A model generated the notes under the pieces. That model did no database searches. It was not told the origin of the DNA and was given only the letters and a program-made list of their open reading frames with translations. From positions 54,746,001 to 54,810,000 of the forward strand of contig OZ024747.1 in assembly GCA_964016885.1 (NCBI GenBank): DNA of 64,000 nucleotides. Direction: 5' to 3'. Below, in pieces: positions 26,331 through 43,594 of this stretch (positions are counted from its first letter, which is position 1; each line of letters starts with the position of its first letter). Source of the stretch: Eledone cirrhosa (taxonomy: Eukaryota). Position numbers and translations under genes: made by a program.

Positions 26331-27859
26331 TGTAGATTTATGTTTATTTCTAAGTGAAATTGAATATTTTATAATAAAAAATATAATAAATAGTTAAATA
26401 TAAAAATGGAAAAAGATGCCTGTCATGAAAAACAAATATTTGAATGAATAATGGTAATGCTGCCAATTGCGGCAGAAAACATGCAAAAATATCTATCTGG
26501 TTTCCATTATATCGCGTCTGGAATTAACCAGGCGCACTTTATAATAATACAACGATAATTGATTTAGCGCACAAAAAACAACTAAATATAAATGTAAATA
26601 TAAAAGATAAAAATAAAAAATACATTTGTAAAGACAATATGCAAATAAATTTAAATATAACTGATGAAAAAAGCAAATGAAACTAAAATGCGTAAGAGCA
26701 ACAAAATAAATTTGAATAAATAAAAATAAATATATTAATATAAAGATCTCCCTCCAAAAGAAACAAAATTTACACGAAGAAGAAAATACGGCAAAAATAA
26801 AATTTATAAAACAGAAAATAAAATATTAAAGGAAGAAACCAAAGAAATTAAGAAGGCGGAAAAATTGAACCCCTCCCACGCAAAAATAAATTTACACAAA
26901 AGACGACGTAAAATATTATCAAATTTCGTTTCGACCACCATCGACGCCATTTTAACAAATATGACAAATATATAAAAAATAAGAGGAAAATGAATCTAAA
27001 TTAAATTAAATTGTGCAAACAAACCCGAGTAGTTCTCCATGTAACGTGATTCTTGATGTGGTAAGAATTACCTGCAGCCGTTTAAAATAAATAAATTCTA
27101 CCGAAAAGAAGTAGACAATAAAGACAAAAACAAACAGTCCAACAAAATTAGGAATATAAAATAAAGTTTACTTTAACAAATAAAATACATGTACAATATA
27201 TGTATAAAATATAGCTTCCACATACACTTACAACTGCACATACGCACACAAACACAGACACACACACGCACACACACTCACGCTCACAAACACACACACA
27301 CATACATACATACACTCGCACGCAGTCACACACAGACACACTCAGACACACATATAAACACACACGCACACACTCACAAACACACACACACGCACACAGA
27401 CCCACACAGACAGAAACAAACACACACACATATATATATACTCGTGCGTGTATGTGTATGTGTCTGCACATGTTTGTGTCTCTATGCCTGTATCTGTATA
27501 TTAATGTGGGAATATATGGATGTGTGTGTGTGTGTCTGTATATGATTGTGTGTCTATGTTAGTATATGTATGCTTATGTGTGAATGTGTGAGTGTGAGTA
27601 AGTGTGTTGTCTGCGTATGTGTGTGTGTGCGTGTATGTGTATGTGTATGTATGTGAGTGTGTGTGTGTGGGTGTATGTGTATGTGTGTGTATGCGTATGT
27701 AAGTGTGTGTGTGTGTAAACGTAACAACACACATTTCGTGTGTCCACAAGCGTGTAATTTATAATTTAGCCAATAGAAAAATAAAACAATATTTTTTGAA
27801 ATTTTGTATTTTTTAATCTTATTCCGTTTTCTTTTCCGGTATGTACACGCACGCATGCA

Positions 27860-28200
27860 CACTCTCATACGCTCATACACACACACTCTCACACGCTCAT
27901 ACACACACACTCTCATACTCTCATACACAAACACTCTCACACGCTCATACACACACACTCTCACACGCTCATACACACACACTGTCATACGCTCATACGC
28001 ACACACTCTCATACACTCATATACACACACTCTCATACGCTCATAAACACACACCTTCACACGCTTATACACACACTCTCTCATACGCTCACACACACAC
28101 ACTCTCATACGCTCATACACACACACTCTCATACTCTCATGCACACACACACACTCATACGCTCATGCACACACACTCTCATACGCTCATGCACCCACAC
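27860..28200. repeat. About 24-bp CA-rich minisatellite
   Basis: CTCATACGCTCATACACACACACT units repeated in tandem. Confidence 0.85.
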
Positions 28201-28268
28201 ACTCATTATGCATGTACACATATACATATACATATGTAGAAGCACTATACCCACATACGCATATATAT

Positions 28269-28378
28269 ATAGGAACGAGTAGGACCCCGACGGCTGAGCT
28301 CAAGCCGATTCGACGGCTAATTCGAATTAGCCGTCGAATCGGCTTGAGCTCAGCCGTCGGTGTCCTACTCGTTCCTAT
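28269..28378. repeat. Spacer-less 110-bp palindrome adjacent to (TA)n
   Basis: 55-bp arms with one mismatch, centred on TTC|GAA at 28323/28324. Confidence 0.92.
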
Positions 28379-28460
28379 TACCTACTCTACTACCCTAAGT
28401 ATTGAGTACTTTGGTGCGTTATGGTCCATCTGGTTCCTTACCATATTTCCTTCGTTATAT

Positions 28461-28587
<127 letters not shown>

Positions 28588-29335
28588 CTGACACATACAT
28601 AGTAAGTCACACACGGAAACATTTTGCACAAGCTGTTGATACATACACATTTAAGTAGTCACTGTAATTATTATAATTATAATAAAGAAATCATTATAAT
28701 TATAATCTTTATTATTAATAATATTATTATAATTTTATTATTATTATTATTGATTTTTTTAAATTTATTTTCTTGTTTTAAACTTCATCTGCTTATTAAA
28801 TTACATTAAGTTTTCTTCTCATCCGCCATCTCCTCTTGTCAATTCCCCTCACATCCCCCAGTTTTGTCTAACATCCTCTACGTTCGTGTTCTTGTGCGGT
28901 TGGATGGAGTATCAAGGAGGCTGTATGGTTGAGGCAGGAATTGATGTGGAATTGACGTGATGACTAGGCACCGTAAATATGGTGGTGGTGATGCTGTTGG
29001 TATTGATGCTGTTGATGGTGGTATTGGTGGTGGTGTTGGTAGGTAGGTTGAGTTGATGAGCTGAGGTTGTAATAAATCAATTTATCGGAGACTAGCGTCA
29101 AACTCCTTTACATCCATCCCTCCCTCCCTCCCTCTCTCCACACCCTCTAATCTTCTAACATCTCCCCCTCCTACTTCCTTTCCATCACACTCAATTATTT
29201 CCTTGTAATTTTTTCCTTCTCTTTTACAAACGTCCGCTCCCTCTTACCCCGACCCACTCTCTCAATTCTTTCTTTTCAACCACGTAAATACGTGTGCATG
29301 TCGGCGTATGTATATCCGTGTATTATTTCTACATT

Positions 29336-29376
<41 letters not shown>

Positions 29377-29825
29377 CTGCACATGTATATGTATGAACAT
29401 TCTGTGTGTGTATATATATGTGGGTATGCGAGTATATACATCCATTACTATATATGTGTGTGAACATGTATTTTTGAGTATGCATTATCCTAAGTCTATG
29501 CATATATGTATGCATGCATTTGTATATGTATATGTGGGTATATATATGTATATCTATACATACGCATATATTTGTATATGTATATAGAAGGGAAAATGTG
29601 TGTATGTGTATGCATATATGACTGTTTTAGCTATCGCATCGTGACGGTTTTGCTTCTACATCTCTATGTGCTTGTGTGTGTCTGTATATATCTGTGTGTG
29701 TGTGCGTGCGTGTGTGTAAGCGAGTATTGTTTTGTGTTTGCCTTCTGTCAGTGAGTTTTAAATTTATTTTATTTTATATTTAGAAAAAAACATAAAATGA
29801 AAAGAATCAGTAAATGAAGCGGAGA

Positions 29826-29970
29826 GGTGGTGATGGTCGTGGTGGTGATGGTCGTGATGGTGGTGTTGGTGATGATGATGGTGGTGGATGGTGGTGTTGG
29901 TGGTGTTGGTGGTGGTGGTGGTGATGGTGGTGGTGGTGGTGGTGATGGTGGTGTTGGTGGTGATGGTGGT

Positions 29971-30001
<31 letters not shown>

Positions 30002-30180
30002 ATGGTGGTGTTGGTGGTGATGGTGGTGGTGGTGATTATGCTTGGTGGGGGAGATATTGGTGGTGATGGTGGCGATGGTGGTGGTGATGGTGGTGGTGAT
30101 GGTGGTGATGGTGGTGTTGACGGTGGTGTTGGTGGTGGTGGTGGTGATGAGGGGTGGTGATGGGGATGGTGATGGGGGTG
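29826..30180. repeat. (GGT/GAT)n low-complexity tract
   Basis: Degenerate trinucleotide repeat. Confidence 0.9.
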
Positions 30181-31185
30181 GAGGAATGGTGATAAAGATT
30201 ACAATAAAATAATAAAATTCAACAATAAATACAACAGCGACGAAAACAACAAAAGTGTTTTTTTTAAATATCCAATAAAAAGCAATAATAATAATAACAA
30301 TAATATTAATTTGAAAAAGAAGGAGAAGGATGAGGAGGAAGGTTAGGGTGTGGGTCGGAGAGAAGAAGAAGAAGAAGAAGAAGAAGAAGAAGAAGAAGAA
30401 GAAGAAGAAGAAGAAGAAGAATGAAGACGCCGATAATGTCTGTGACGACAGCAACGATTTAACAAATGAATGAAGACCCGTCGCCCGGAGAATGTCTAAA
30501 TAAACGAGTTGCATCAACAGGAATAGTAAATGAGGAAGAAAAAAGAACATTAATTTTCTTTTTAATATTATTATTTTTGTGAGAAAAGTAAAATAAAATA
30601 AAACGAAAATTTTAAAAATACTTGCATGGAAAAAATACATTTAAATAAAACACAAATATTTAAAAGCTAATCGAAATAAAATATAAAGAAAAATAATGAA
30701 ATAAATGGAAATTGAAATAGAGAAAAATATTTTAAATAAAAAATATACTAAAATATAAATATATTTCGAAGACAGTCTAAACAAACAATTATAATGAAAT
30801 AGAATAATACAAAGTAAGAAGAAATACAATAAAACACAAGAAAATATATAAAAGACAAACACACGCAAGATAGAATATTATGGCGGAAGAAGGAAAGGGA
30901 TGAAAATTGAAAAGAACAAAATGTGGCGAAAAAATAAAATAAAATGAAGACAGCAGAATAAAAAAAATATGAAGATGTAAAATAATTGAAAAAAGAATTA
31001 CAAACAAACTGGAGGCGATATAATGAATTGCCTGAAAAACAAAATGGCCGACTTTTCGCCTTAAAGGCAAACTTCAATAAAGAATAGCTGTGATTTAGCC
31101 ATTAAAATGAAGCGGGGATTAATTGCAGAAACAAAAGACGTCCTTATTTCTAGACAAGAATTTAATTGGATAAATTATCAACCAA

Positions 31186-31244
<59 letters not shown>

Positions 31245-31811
31245 TAATAATAATGATAATAATAATAATAAAAGAAAAGAACAGAAAAAAAAAGAATAAA
31301 TATAGTGAAATAAATATAGTGAAATAAATGAAAATGGATGTATGAAACGAAATTATGATAGAAATCAAATAAAAGAAGAAAGGAAGAAATTGCTATGAGA
31401 CTCATTATGAATTTTTCTGTTGAAATTTTAGATAATATTTATTTATTTATTCGTTTATTTATTTATTTATTTATTTATTTATCTATTTATTTTGATTATC
31501 GGCAAAAGTTTTGTATTTTATTTATTTTATAGGAAATTATTCTAATCTATTGAAAAATTAATTTAATACTATTGCAACTGTGTCTTTGTATGCATGCCTT
31601 TTTAGTGTATGCATCACTGGAGTTAGTATACACGCGTCACTATCTTCTGGAGACACATGTGTGCGTGCACATACGCATTTAAACACACACATAAACAGAT
31701 ACAAGTAGACCCGTACAAAGTCTGATCTACTTACGTACATAAATATATACATACATACATACATATGTACACACAAACACATATGTACACACACACATAC
31801 ATACATATATA

Positions 31812-31873
<62 letters not shown>

Positions 31874-31988
31874 CACACTCACGCACACACATATATATAT
31901 ATATATATATACACTCATATATATATATATATATATATATTATATACATACATACATATACACACACATACACACGCACACACACACA

Positions 31989-32047
<59 letters not shown>

Positions 32048-33996
32048 ATAACTACATACGAACATACATATAAACTTGCACACACATGTGCATACATATA
32101 TACATTCATTTCATTCGTGACATGACCATATAGTTATTTTCAATAGATCAATCTAAAACAAAAAAAAGAATGATGTACGTCCACACCAACCCCCTCCATC
32201 AATAGATTATGTTCACATATATTTCTTTTAACTTCAGTAGTTCAAATTTACAAAGATGTCACTTACTGACAGTCAAAGGCTCAAAGGCCCGCATAACATG
32301 ATCAGATCTGTATTTTGAATCGTGCTCTTAGACTTCTCTCAATTATTTCCTTTGAAACAAGCAGACGACAAGGAATGTTTGATCCACTTAATTAAGAGGC
32401 TGCTTACGATACTCGTCAAATTACATTTGATGACACCAGCTCCTTACATCTTATCATGATCCCTGTTGTGAGTTCACGTACCATACCCTCTACTAAATAG
32501 TCCATCTAATTCATTCATCATCCTCGAATCTTGCTCTTTTATATCCTTATATTTGTATGAGACGTTAACCTTCACAGGCTGGTAACATCTCCTCCTCACA
32601 TCTTATCACTTTTGTTGTGGGTTCACACTACATACCCTCTACTAAATTGCCTGACTAATTAATTTTTCTTCCCCATATCCGAACTAGTACATTTCCAGTT
32701 CGCTCATATTTCCTGGTATTTCTTCGAAACATTAACCTTCACAGGTTCAAGCCGTATAACAATTACATCACTCCCATCAATTTTGCTGGGTGGAGTACAT
32801 TACGTTGACTATTTTATTGCGATGACGTGTAGCAATGAGCCAGGCGTTTTAGATCCCATCTAAACACAAAGGCTACCGTAATTTATACAATAAATTTAAT
32901 ATAGGAATAAGGGAAGATACTTCAATTGGGAAAAACAGTGATTATATCAACCCTGTACTTGATTGGCACATTATGTATCGACTTAGGAATGGTGAAATAC
33001 AACGTTAGATTCGGGGAAAACAGAACTCAGAAGGAAAAGAGTCTGATCCAAAACACTATGCGTATGTCAATGACCTAGTTACATCATCGCATTATGATGC
33101 AAGGCTTAGGCGATTTCATCAATTGCGGATTGCAAAATTAGCTTAATGATAATAGGAATACTCAAACACAGAGAACAGAGAACTCTGCTATTCAGTGTTA
33201 TGGTAATAGTGAGCCACCCCCAAATGGCATACACTCATCAGTACATTGTGGGATGGTTGGCATGACAATGGGGTTTGGGTGTTGTTTGTTGGTGACAGAA
33301 AGACTACTGTCCTCAAAAAATGCCTTGTCAATAATCAGAACTTTATCTATTCTCTATTCTTTGTTTGTATTTTCCGTAATCCTGTTATCAATCGAAACCT
33401 GATGAAATCGTCTACGTATTGCATCATGTTGAGATCATGCAACTAGGCCATTGAAAGACGTATAATGGTTTTGCAAAATTAAAATTTAAAAGAATACTAA
33501 CATTCCGGTCTTCTGTTGTTTTAAAATGAAACCCATACTTGTATCAGCCACGGGATACCACATCTACGAGGGATCATTTGCATAACATCGAGTGCTTTAT
33601 TTATTACATCATGTTTTACTAACCAGAATGACCCAATTCTATCAATTGGTAAATGAATTGTAGTTGAAGTGTTTAAAGTGCTTATAAGATTTTAATATTT
33701 AATGAGAGTATATTTCCCCCACTTCCAACTGTACAGATTCTGGTCCTTAACAACACTGGTCCTTAACACACTCGTCCTTACTTAAACAACAATCATCAGG
33801 CCTTAACACAAAGATGGATAGACGTCTACATAAATAAAAACATCCAAATCTTCATATTTAGGCTTGTAATGAAGACCAAGACTGTGCCGGCACGATATTA
33901 ATAGGAGTGTTGCATCAATCATGTCTTTTGCAGGGGTTTATTCATTTTTTAAATCAATTTAACTGACCGTAAAAAGCTAGTAAGCCATGATAGATT

Positions 33997-34162
33997 AGAG
34001 AGTATCTAATACCCCTTTACAGTTGAGAGTATCTAGTACTCCTTTACAGTTGAGAGTATCTAGTACTCCTTTACAGTTGAGAGTATCTAGTACTCCTTTA
34101 CAGTTGAGAGTATCTAGTACTCCTTTACAGTTGAGAGTATCTAGTACTTCTTTACAGTTGAG
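33997..34162. repeat. 27-bp tandem repeat, about 6 copies
   Basis: TTACAGTTGAGAGTATCTAGTACTCCT repeated, giving the spurious LNCKGVLDT peptide. Confidence 0.92.
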
Positions 34163-34862
34163 AAACAAAAAGAAAACATGATACACAGAGATAAATGAAT
34201 ACATAAAAGAAAAGAATTCAAATATGGAAGTCCAACTAGAGGCAAAAAAATCATGAAAAATATGTCAAAAAATGATAAACAAGGGAAGCCGAGAAACAGC
34301 AAAAGGTTTCTGTTGCATCCTTTCGTAATCTGTAGGCCCTCAAAGCTTCTGTTTATAGTTGGTAGATCTTGTACAATATATTGTTTGTATCACAATGTGG
34401 ATGTTGGGATTGTATGATGCAAAGGTTCATATGTGTTGCATATTCTCGGCGTTATTGTATTCGATTCAAATCTTATATGTATAAATCTTGCTATGCATGT
34501 GCGTAGAAATGGAATATTCGTGACTTAATTGATAGCGTGCTCGATCCACAATCGTTGGGCCTTGAATCCCTTCCTGGTGACGTAGTATCGAGTGTTCAAA
34601 TGTCCAACCTTGTTACCCTCAATATGTAATGTTGAGTCTCCTTAAGAACTGCGTGATAAGTACAATTGTTTGTGAAATACTCAGAAACATGATGGTTGAT
34701 ACCACATGTACAAGTGCCCAGTTTATCATATAAACGGAAGAGCACCAGTAGACATGCGTGACCTACATCCACATATATAACACAAAATCATTGAATACCT
34801 AATTCAGAAATGTATGAATTTTAAGGAATGACAAAATAATTGTAAGGTCTGAAGTATTATGA

Positions 34863-34922
<60 letters not shown>

Positions 34923-34931
34923 ATGTGTGTG

Positions 34932-34962
<31 letters not shown>

Positions 34963-34978
34963 ATGTGTGTGTGTGTGT

Positions 34979-35049
<71 letters not shown>

Positions 35050-35200
35050 TGTGTGTGTATGTGTGTGTGTGAGTGAGTGTGTATTTACAGGGTGTCACAA
35101 AAATGTATGCACACTTTGTTACATGTACAGACATGATTTATTAGAATACTGTTGAAGTGTATATACCTTATTGGGGGACAGTCTGTATATACATATTTAT

Positions 35201-35287
<87 letters not shown>

Positions 35288-35561
35288 TATATATATATAC
35301 ATGTGTATATATATATATGTATTTATATATATATATATGTATTTATATATATATATATATATATGTATTGAGTACCTTACTTACTGTGGTTATCCCCGAC
35401 TCAACCCGGGACCTACGTATATATATATATATATAGTGGGGTGTTTGTGTATGTTTGTGTGTATCCATGTGTAGTTATGCCAATTTGTATTTGGCAGATA
35501 ATTATAGCCACATGCTCGAGGTTGTATCAATATATAGATATATATATATATATGGGGAATG

Positions 35562-35643
<82 letters not shown>

Positions 35644-36367
35644 TCGTTTCTGAATATATATATATATATATATGTGTGTGTCTGTATATAATCTATATGT
35701 TTATAAGTGCTTGGCTAAGAATTCTGCGTTCATTGTATATACATGTGATTTTTTTTTCATGTATAACTTTTATGAATATATGTACAGATGTGTGCTGGAG
35801 TCTGCACTATAGTATATGTCTTTTTACATCTCATAGATTTGTTTAATAATTATATGAATCACTCGGTCATTGTATATGTATGTCTATGATTGTGTGATTA
35901 TTTGAGCGTACGTGAGTTTTTGTTAATGTCTTGCCGTAAGTACGTTCATGAGTCTATATCAATGCGGCTGTGTGATTGCGTACGTTTCTGTGCTTGCTTC
36001 AGTTCATAGATTAATTTGCTTGCATTCGTACTTATGTCTGTGTGGGAATCTCCGATTCTATGTCTCTTAGAGCGGTTACGTTTGTGCGTATGTTAATATG
36101 CTTGAGTTAGTGTGTATATTTTTGTACTGACATTATTGTACGCAAGTGTTTTTACGATAGTATGGTAAGGCGTACACTACGGCAAACCCGTTAGTGCGGA
36201 TGTTGGTGGGCTTGTGTAATACGTGTATATTCAAGCGAATAATTCTTTTAATGTTTGTGTTAGAATTTTTGTATGTCAGCATGGATGTGGATAATTTCAT
36301 GTGCTTGTGCGTTTGCAATGTTTTTTCTAAATATACGTGTATATACACGCATACACACACACACACT

Positions 36368-36414
<47 letters not shown>

Positions 36415-36794
36415 TTAGTTAATCATTTATTTATTTATTTATGCATCAGTCGGGGAATCTGAATTGATGTAAACATTAATACATTAGATTATTTTTCCAG
36501 CCATTAAACTTACGGTGACCTTATGGGGTCAAAGTCTGTCAAATAAATATGTAATTGACTACATATATGGAAATATGTGGATGTACATATATATATATAT
36601 ATATATATATGTGTATATGTGTGTGTGTATGTGTGTGTGTGTGTGTGTGTGTGTTAAGGTATATCTATGCTTGTGTGGATATGTGCGTCTGCATGTGGAT
36701 AAATTGATTGAAATACATATGTATGTATACATAAAGAAAGGGACATTCATGATATTTTTTTTCTTTTCATAAATGCATAAACAAACACACACAG

Positions 36795-36833
<39 letters not shown>

Positions 36834-37133
36834 TATACATGCATACATACATACATAGATACATACATACATACATCCATCCATATATACATACATACAT
36901 ACATACATGCATACATGTATATATATGGGTGCATCTGTCATATATTGCATCTGTCATATGGGGCAACATTTTACTGTCATGCACCGATATTTATCATAAT
37001 AGATTTGCATAATCATACATTTATCTGTCTTACTATCTAAATATCTCTCACTTCTCGCTATCTATCTCTGCATCTCTGTTTACTCAATCTTCCAACGTAA
37101 ATAAATAGCTATCAATCTGTCTATATACGTGCG

Positions 37134-37172
<39 letters not shown>

Positions 37173-37184
37173 TTATATGTAAGC

Positions 37185-37217
<33 letters not shown>

Positions 37218-37218
37218 A

Positions 37219-37253
<35 letters not shown>

Positions 37254-37603
37254 AACATATCTATCTATCTATCTATCTAGCTATCTATAGTCTGTCTGTT
37301 TATATGTCGATGTATCTATCTAGATATATATATATATATTTGTTTCAACATCTGATATCTAGTCGTCTGCTGGCTCACTGTCCCCTCTATCTGTTTGCCA
37401 GTATGTCTGTATACCTGACGTCTGCCATTTGTATGACACTTCCCACATTTTTCCTTTTGTCTAACTGTCCGGGATAATATTTTGGCTTTTGTATCTTTTT
37501 TTTTTTTTGCAGATTTTCTTTTTATTCCCGTCTATCGGGTCATAATGGCTCTCTGCTTCTTCATCTATTTCTCATTATGAATATACATTTACATACGTAT
37601 ATA

Positions 37604-37660
<57 letters not shown>

Positions 37661-37723
37661 GGGGGGGGACATGTATGTACATAGATATAGATATATAGAT
37701 GTCTATATATACATTTATATGTT

Positions 37724-37765
<42 letters not shown>

Positions 37766-37946
37766 TATAAGGAGAAAGAGAGGGATATATATTCAAATAT
37801 ATTCACATACATGCATACATACAAACAAGCATACATAAATAAAGAATGGTTAATAAGATTGCGATTAAATCTTTAGTATTAAAAATATAGAGAATATGTA
37901 AAAATATAGAGAATATGTAAATAAATCTCTTTTAAATTAAAATTTA

Positions 37947-38137
37947 AATAATTGTTTCTACTTTTGGCACAAGGCCAGCAATTACCCAGTGCATTACTGG
38001 TACTTTATTTTATCGACCCCGTAAGGATGAAAGGCAAAGTCAACCTCGGCGGGATTTGAACTCAGATCGTAAAGGGACGTAACTATGCTGGAAAGCATGG
38101 CGTCCGACCCTCTACCGATACTGCCAATCCACCGCCC
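37947..38137 (-). mobile_element. Young full-length SINE with an 11-bp target-site duplication
   Basis: Near-consensus copy flanked by TTAAAATTTAA at 37937-37947 and 38138-38148. Confidence 0.92.
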
Positions 38138-38299
38138 TTAAAATTTAATAATATAACTTTTTTCTAAAATCGCACTCACATACAGAGACAAGGACACGTG
38201 TGCATGCACATTAACATCAACACAAATACACACACAAACATACACAAACCGACATAAGCACACACACACACAATTATATTAAATATATATATATATATA

Positions 38300-39450
38300 A
38301 AGATGGCTTCGTGGCCTCCGTCTCGTGCGTGCGATCATCACTCCATTAGGTGGTGGTGAGACCTAATAATGACGTCCTCTTCCTCTGTTCGCCGATCCTC
38401 CAGCCTGCCATTCGCTCTACCATCATGTTCAGGCACGAGCTAGAAATCTTGACTGAACCTGATTGAGGCCTACGCGGCACTCTTTCGATTGAGGAACTGT
38501 CATGTCGAAGCACCTATTCATCTTCGTCATCTCTTCTCACAGATCTCGCCGTCCACCTCCAACGGGCTGCTGTCAATATATGCAACGTCCGGTTTGACGA
38601 CACCAGATGACATCAAGCGACCTTCGCCGTCAGATACTGTGGTCTAGGTCACCGATCTCCAACCCCACTTGCGTCGCATGCTTTCATTTAGGCGGTGACC
38701 CCCTGTCATGTCCTCATTAATATGGTTCCGCACAATACAACTGAACTTTCTATGTTCGCAGAACGTATGATGGCCCTACGTGACATGGAACAAACTATGT
38801 CTCCACCCAGTGAACGTGCAGCAGTGAACGTCCAGAAAACCGCAAATGAAATAGGACCCAATTCTTTGCAACATGACACCAGACAGGCTTCTGCGCCGGC
38901 TTGACTGGCAATGTCTGGCATATTTTGGTTCGGCCTCCTAACCCCTCAATGGTGTCTGGCTTAACGCAGTTCCATCCTTTGTAGTTAGCTTGACAGCGAC
39001 TGCTTACACATCGGTGTTACCCTCAGTTTTAGGCGTCCTGATCTGAGAGCCTTACAAATAACGCTGCGGTACCTGTGTTGATCATTTTGGTCTGTCATGC
39101 CATTACAGTGCGGGCCGCCGCCCACGCCATGCTGCTCTCAACAAGATCATAACGCATGGCCTGAATGGCGCACGCTTCCCTTCTCAGACGGGAAAGTCCC
39201 TCATATGGGATGTTACATACTGTGTCACCTTCTGTAGGGGAAATGTGGTGCGTCTCGCTACCACCCCAGGCTCTGATGCTCACCATGCAAAAGTGGTCAC
39301 ACTGTCCACGTATCGGTTGCTCTCTGATAGGTTTGAGATAGAGCCTGTAGCTATGAAGATTTCCAGGTTTTGGCCGTCGGACCACAGCCCTGCTCATTAC
39401 TATCGGAGGCAAGTTTTCTGCCCTCGCGTGCGAGTCTTGTGATATGGACT
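38300..39450 (+). pseudogene. Decayed CRE-clade non-LTR retrotransposon (thumb and REL region)
   Basis: Disrupted translation GVWLNAVPS..LHIGVTL..RCGTCVDHFGLSCHYSAGRRPRHAALNKII..GKSLIWDVT..EPVAM matches the typical CRE-type motif series GAWL / CxCG / RH / WDVT. Confidence 0.75.
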
Positions 39451-40393
39451 GGCTGTTTTAGTTTGTCTTTCTTGCCGTCATCCATCTGGGACCAGAAGCA
39501 GACTGTAAGTTACATATATAGTGAATCACTTGCACATGAGAGTATTAAGACATACCTATTAGTCTGTGTATCGTTTTACCATGATCTTTCAATGAAATAT
39601 CTCGTTATGCAATAATTGTTAATTTATATTGCTTTCTAAGAGTTGAAAAATCGATTTGTTATTCGATCGGAAACTAACTTTTACGATGGTTATACCTTTT
39701 CTTGTCCGGAAAATTACTCATCAGGAAATCTGCCCATCGTAAATTTATGCTTTTAAATATGTACGAAATAAGTGGGTGGTAGAAATGTTTACCAGGTTAA
39801 AGCGAGCGCTAAGGCAAAAACGGTTGGGAACCCCTGTTTTAACGATAAAGAATGTAGGTTCTAATGTTGCATAAATTAAAGCCACAACTTTCAAGTGTGA
39901 GTTCCAATACAGAAAACATATCTTTTGATTTAATATGAAATAGCCTGCGTTAGTGCTCGTTGTATCCTTATCTACAGTTCTCGGAACTACAGATTCATTT
40001 GAATGTTTGCAACTATCTCTACGGTTTCTCTCTCGTTCTGTCTCTCTCTATATAGGTTATGGATACATGCCTAAGTGCTGATGGGTAGTTAAGAGGTTTG
40101 CGTCGCAAAAAACATTGTTATATGTTCAATCGCATTGGGTGGCACTGTTCACAAGAGTCTAATATAATGTCGAATTGTGAGGAAGTATATATATATTCTA
40201 TATAACTGCTCTGTAGAACAACTGATGTTATTACATTGAGCTATTTATCTTACTGGTAATAAGGTAGTAATAAATTACTGACCTTCACTGTTTAGGGTTC
40301 AAAATATACATAACTATAAAAGGTTTTAATATAAACATAATCATAAATAGAATCCTTAATATTATATATATATATTATATATATATATATATA

Positions 40394-41373
<980 letters not shown>

Positions 41374-41377
41374 AAAG

Positions 41378-41472
<95 letters not shown>

Positions 41473-41857
41473 CCTGGATGGGAGATATGAAATGAGAATG
41501 ACATAGACTGAGTGGCGTTAGTTGGAACTCAATGTGTATTTATGTATCTGAATATTGAATCATTTGAAACACACACACGCGCACGTTAACCATTCACACG
41601 CACACATACACATACAACATCTTATGTTCATATACACTCATTCACATTCCTACACATGCACAAACACACATGTCAAAATGCCCAGGTTACACACAGGCAT
41701 TCGAAAAGACAAACTCCTAAACCTTTACACCTTCCTTTACACGTGCAGCCATTCACATTCAAACAAATATACACATATACACATTCATGCTGACGTATTC
41801 ACTTTATACACCCAGCCATCGTTCCGATATATATATACCTTTATTCTCTCCCGAACA

Positions 41858-42378
41858 CATTCATATATATATACACACGTATAGAAACATGTTGAATTAC
41901 ACGCGTTGCATATACCGACACTTTTACGCATACCTAGGAACATTTACACAGGGAACACATTCAGAATCACAAACATACACATATGCTGAAGTGCGTAAAA
42001 TCCTCCCATCTAATCCAATTTGCACATTGTTACATACACATTCACCAATGTTCAAATATGTTGTACACAAATATACACCCTTTTACAGATACAAACTTAC
42101 ATTCATCTTTATATGCACACATTCATATATATATACACACGTATAGAAACATGTTGAATTACACGCGTTTCATATACCGACACTTTTACGCATACCTAGG
42201 AACATTTACACAGGGAACACATTCAGAATCACGAACATACACATATGCTCAAGTGCGTAAAATCCTCCCATCTAATCCAATTTGCACATTGTTACAAACA
42301 CATTCACCAATGTTCAAATATGTTGTACACAAATATACACCCTTTTACAGATACAAACTTACATTCATCTTTATACGC
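41858..42378. repeat. Recent tandem duplication, about 262-bp unit x2
   Basis: Near-identical blocks start at 41858 and 42120. Confidence 0.92.
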
Positions 42379-42506
42379 ACATATTTTCACACGCAATTAT
42401 ATTGCATGCAGGGAAACGTATGCACCGATGAATTCAGATACTACACACTTATATAAAGCAATCAAATATACCTCAATATGCCAAGAAAACAACAATTATA
42501 TGTAGA

Positions 42507-42629
<123 letters not shown>

Positions 42630-42662
42630 TATATACATATATATATATGCATATACGTATAC

Positions 42663-42708
<46 letters not shown>

Positions 42709-42891
42709 GCATATGTATATATATATATATATATAAATACACATATATATATATATATACTATTATATATATATATATAAATACACACATATATATATAT
42801 ATACTATTATATATATATATACTATTTATATATACATATTTATATATATATATACATGCTTATATATATATATACATGTATATATAATATA

Positions 42892-42937
<46 letters not shown>

Positions 42938-43404
42938 TATATATCACGTTCATCACATATACATCACACGTACTTTATATGTAAATCATATATACATCGC
43001 ATATACATTACACACACATAACACATCACTAAAACATCACTCCATCATCATTGAACACAGATCGTTAATTCCAAAGAGACCATTAGTGTGACTACATATT
43101 ACAATGGTCTAAGGCTAATATTCAACGTTAAGCAGAATCTAAAAAAGACCAACCACGGAAAAACACTCGCAAAAGATAACTTTTAATCAGAACATTACGT
43201 CCGTACGTTCCACCATTTTTATTTTTTTCATGTATGTTACAATATATTTGTTCGTTACTCACTTTCTGGTATCGGTATGTGTGTGGTTATTGTTACTAAT
43301 CTTAACGTGTTGATGTGTGTGAGTGTGGCTGTTGTTTTTAATGCTTATATTTGTACTGGTTGTATTGGTGTTCGTTGAAGTTCTTTTAATTTATTTCGTT
43401 GTTT

Positions 43405-43454
<50 letters not shown>

Positions 43455-43552
43455 GCAGGAAAAATGTGCGTTGGAATGCGAGCGAATATAAGCATATACA
43501 TATATACATGTGTCTGTGTGTATTTATGTATATGTATATATGTATGTATTTG

Positions 43553-43594
<42 letters not shown>

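Noticed and set aside
33195-33245. Minus-strand CTGATGA followed by a hairpin
   Set aside because: No GAAA or UH half of the core.
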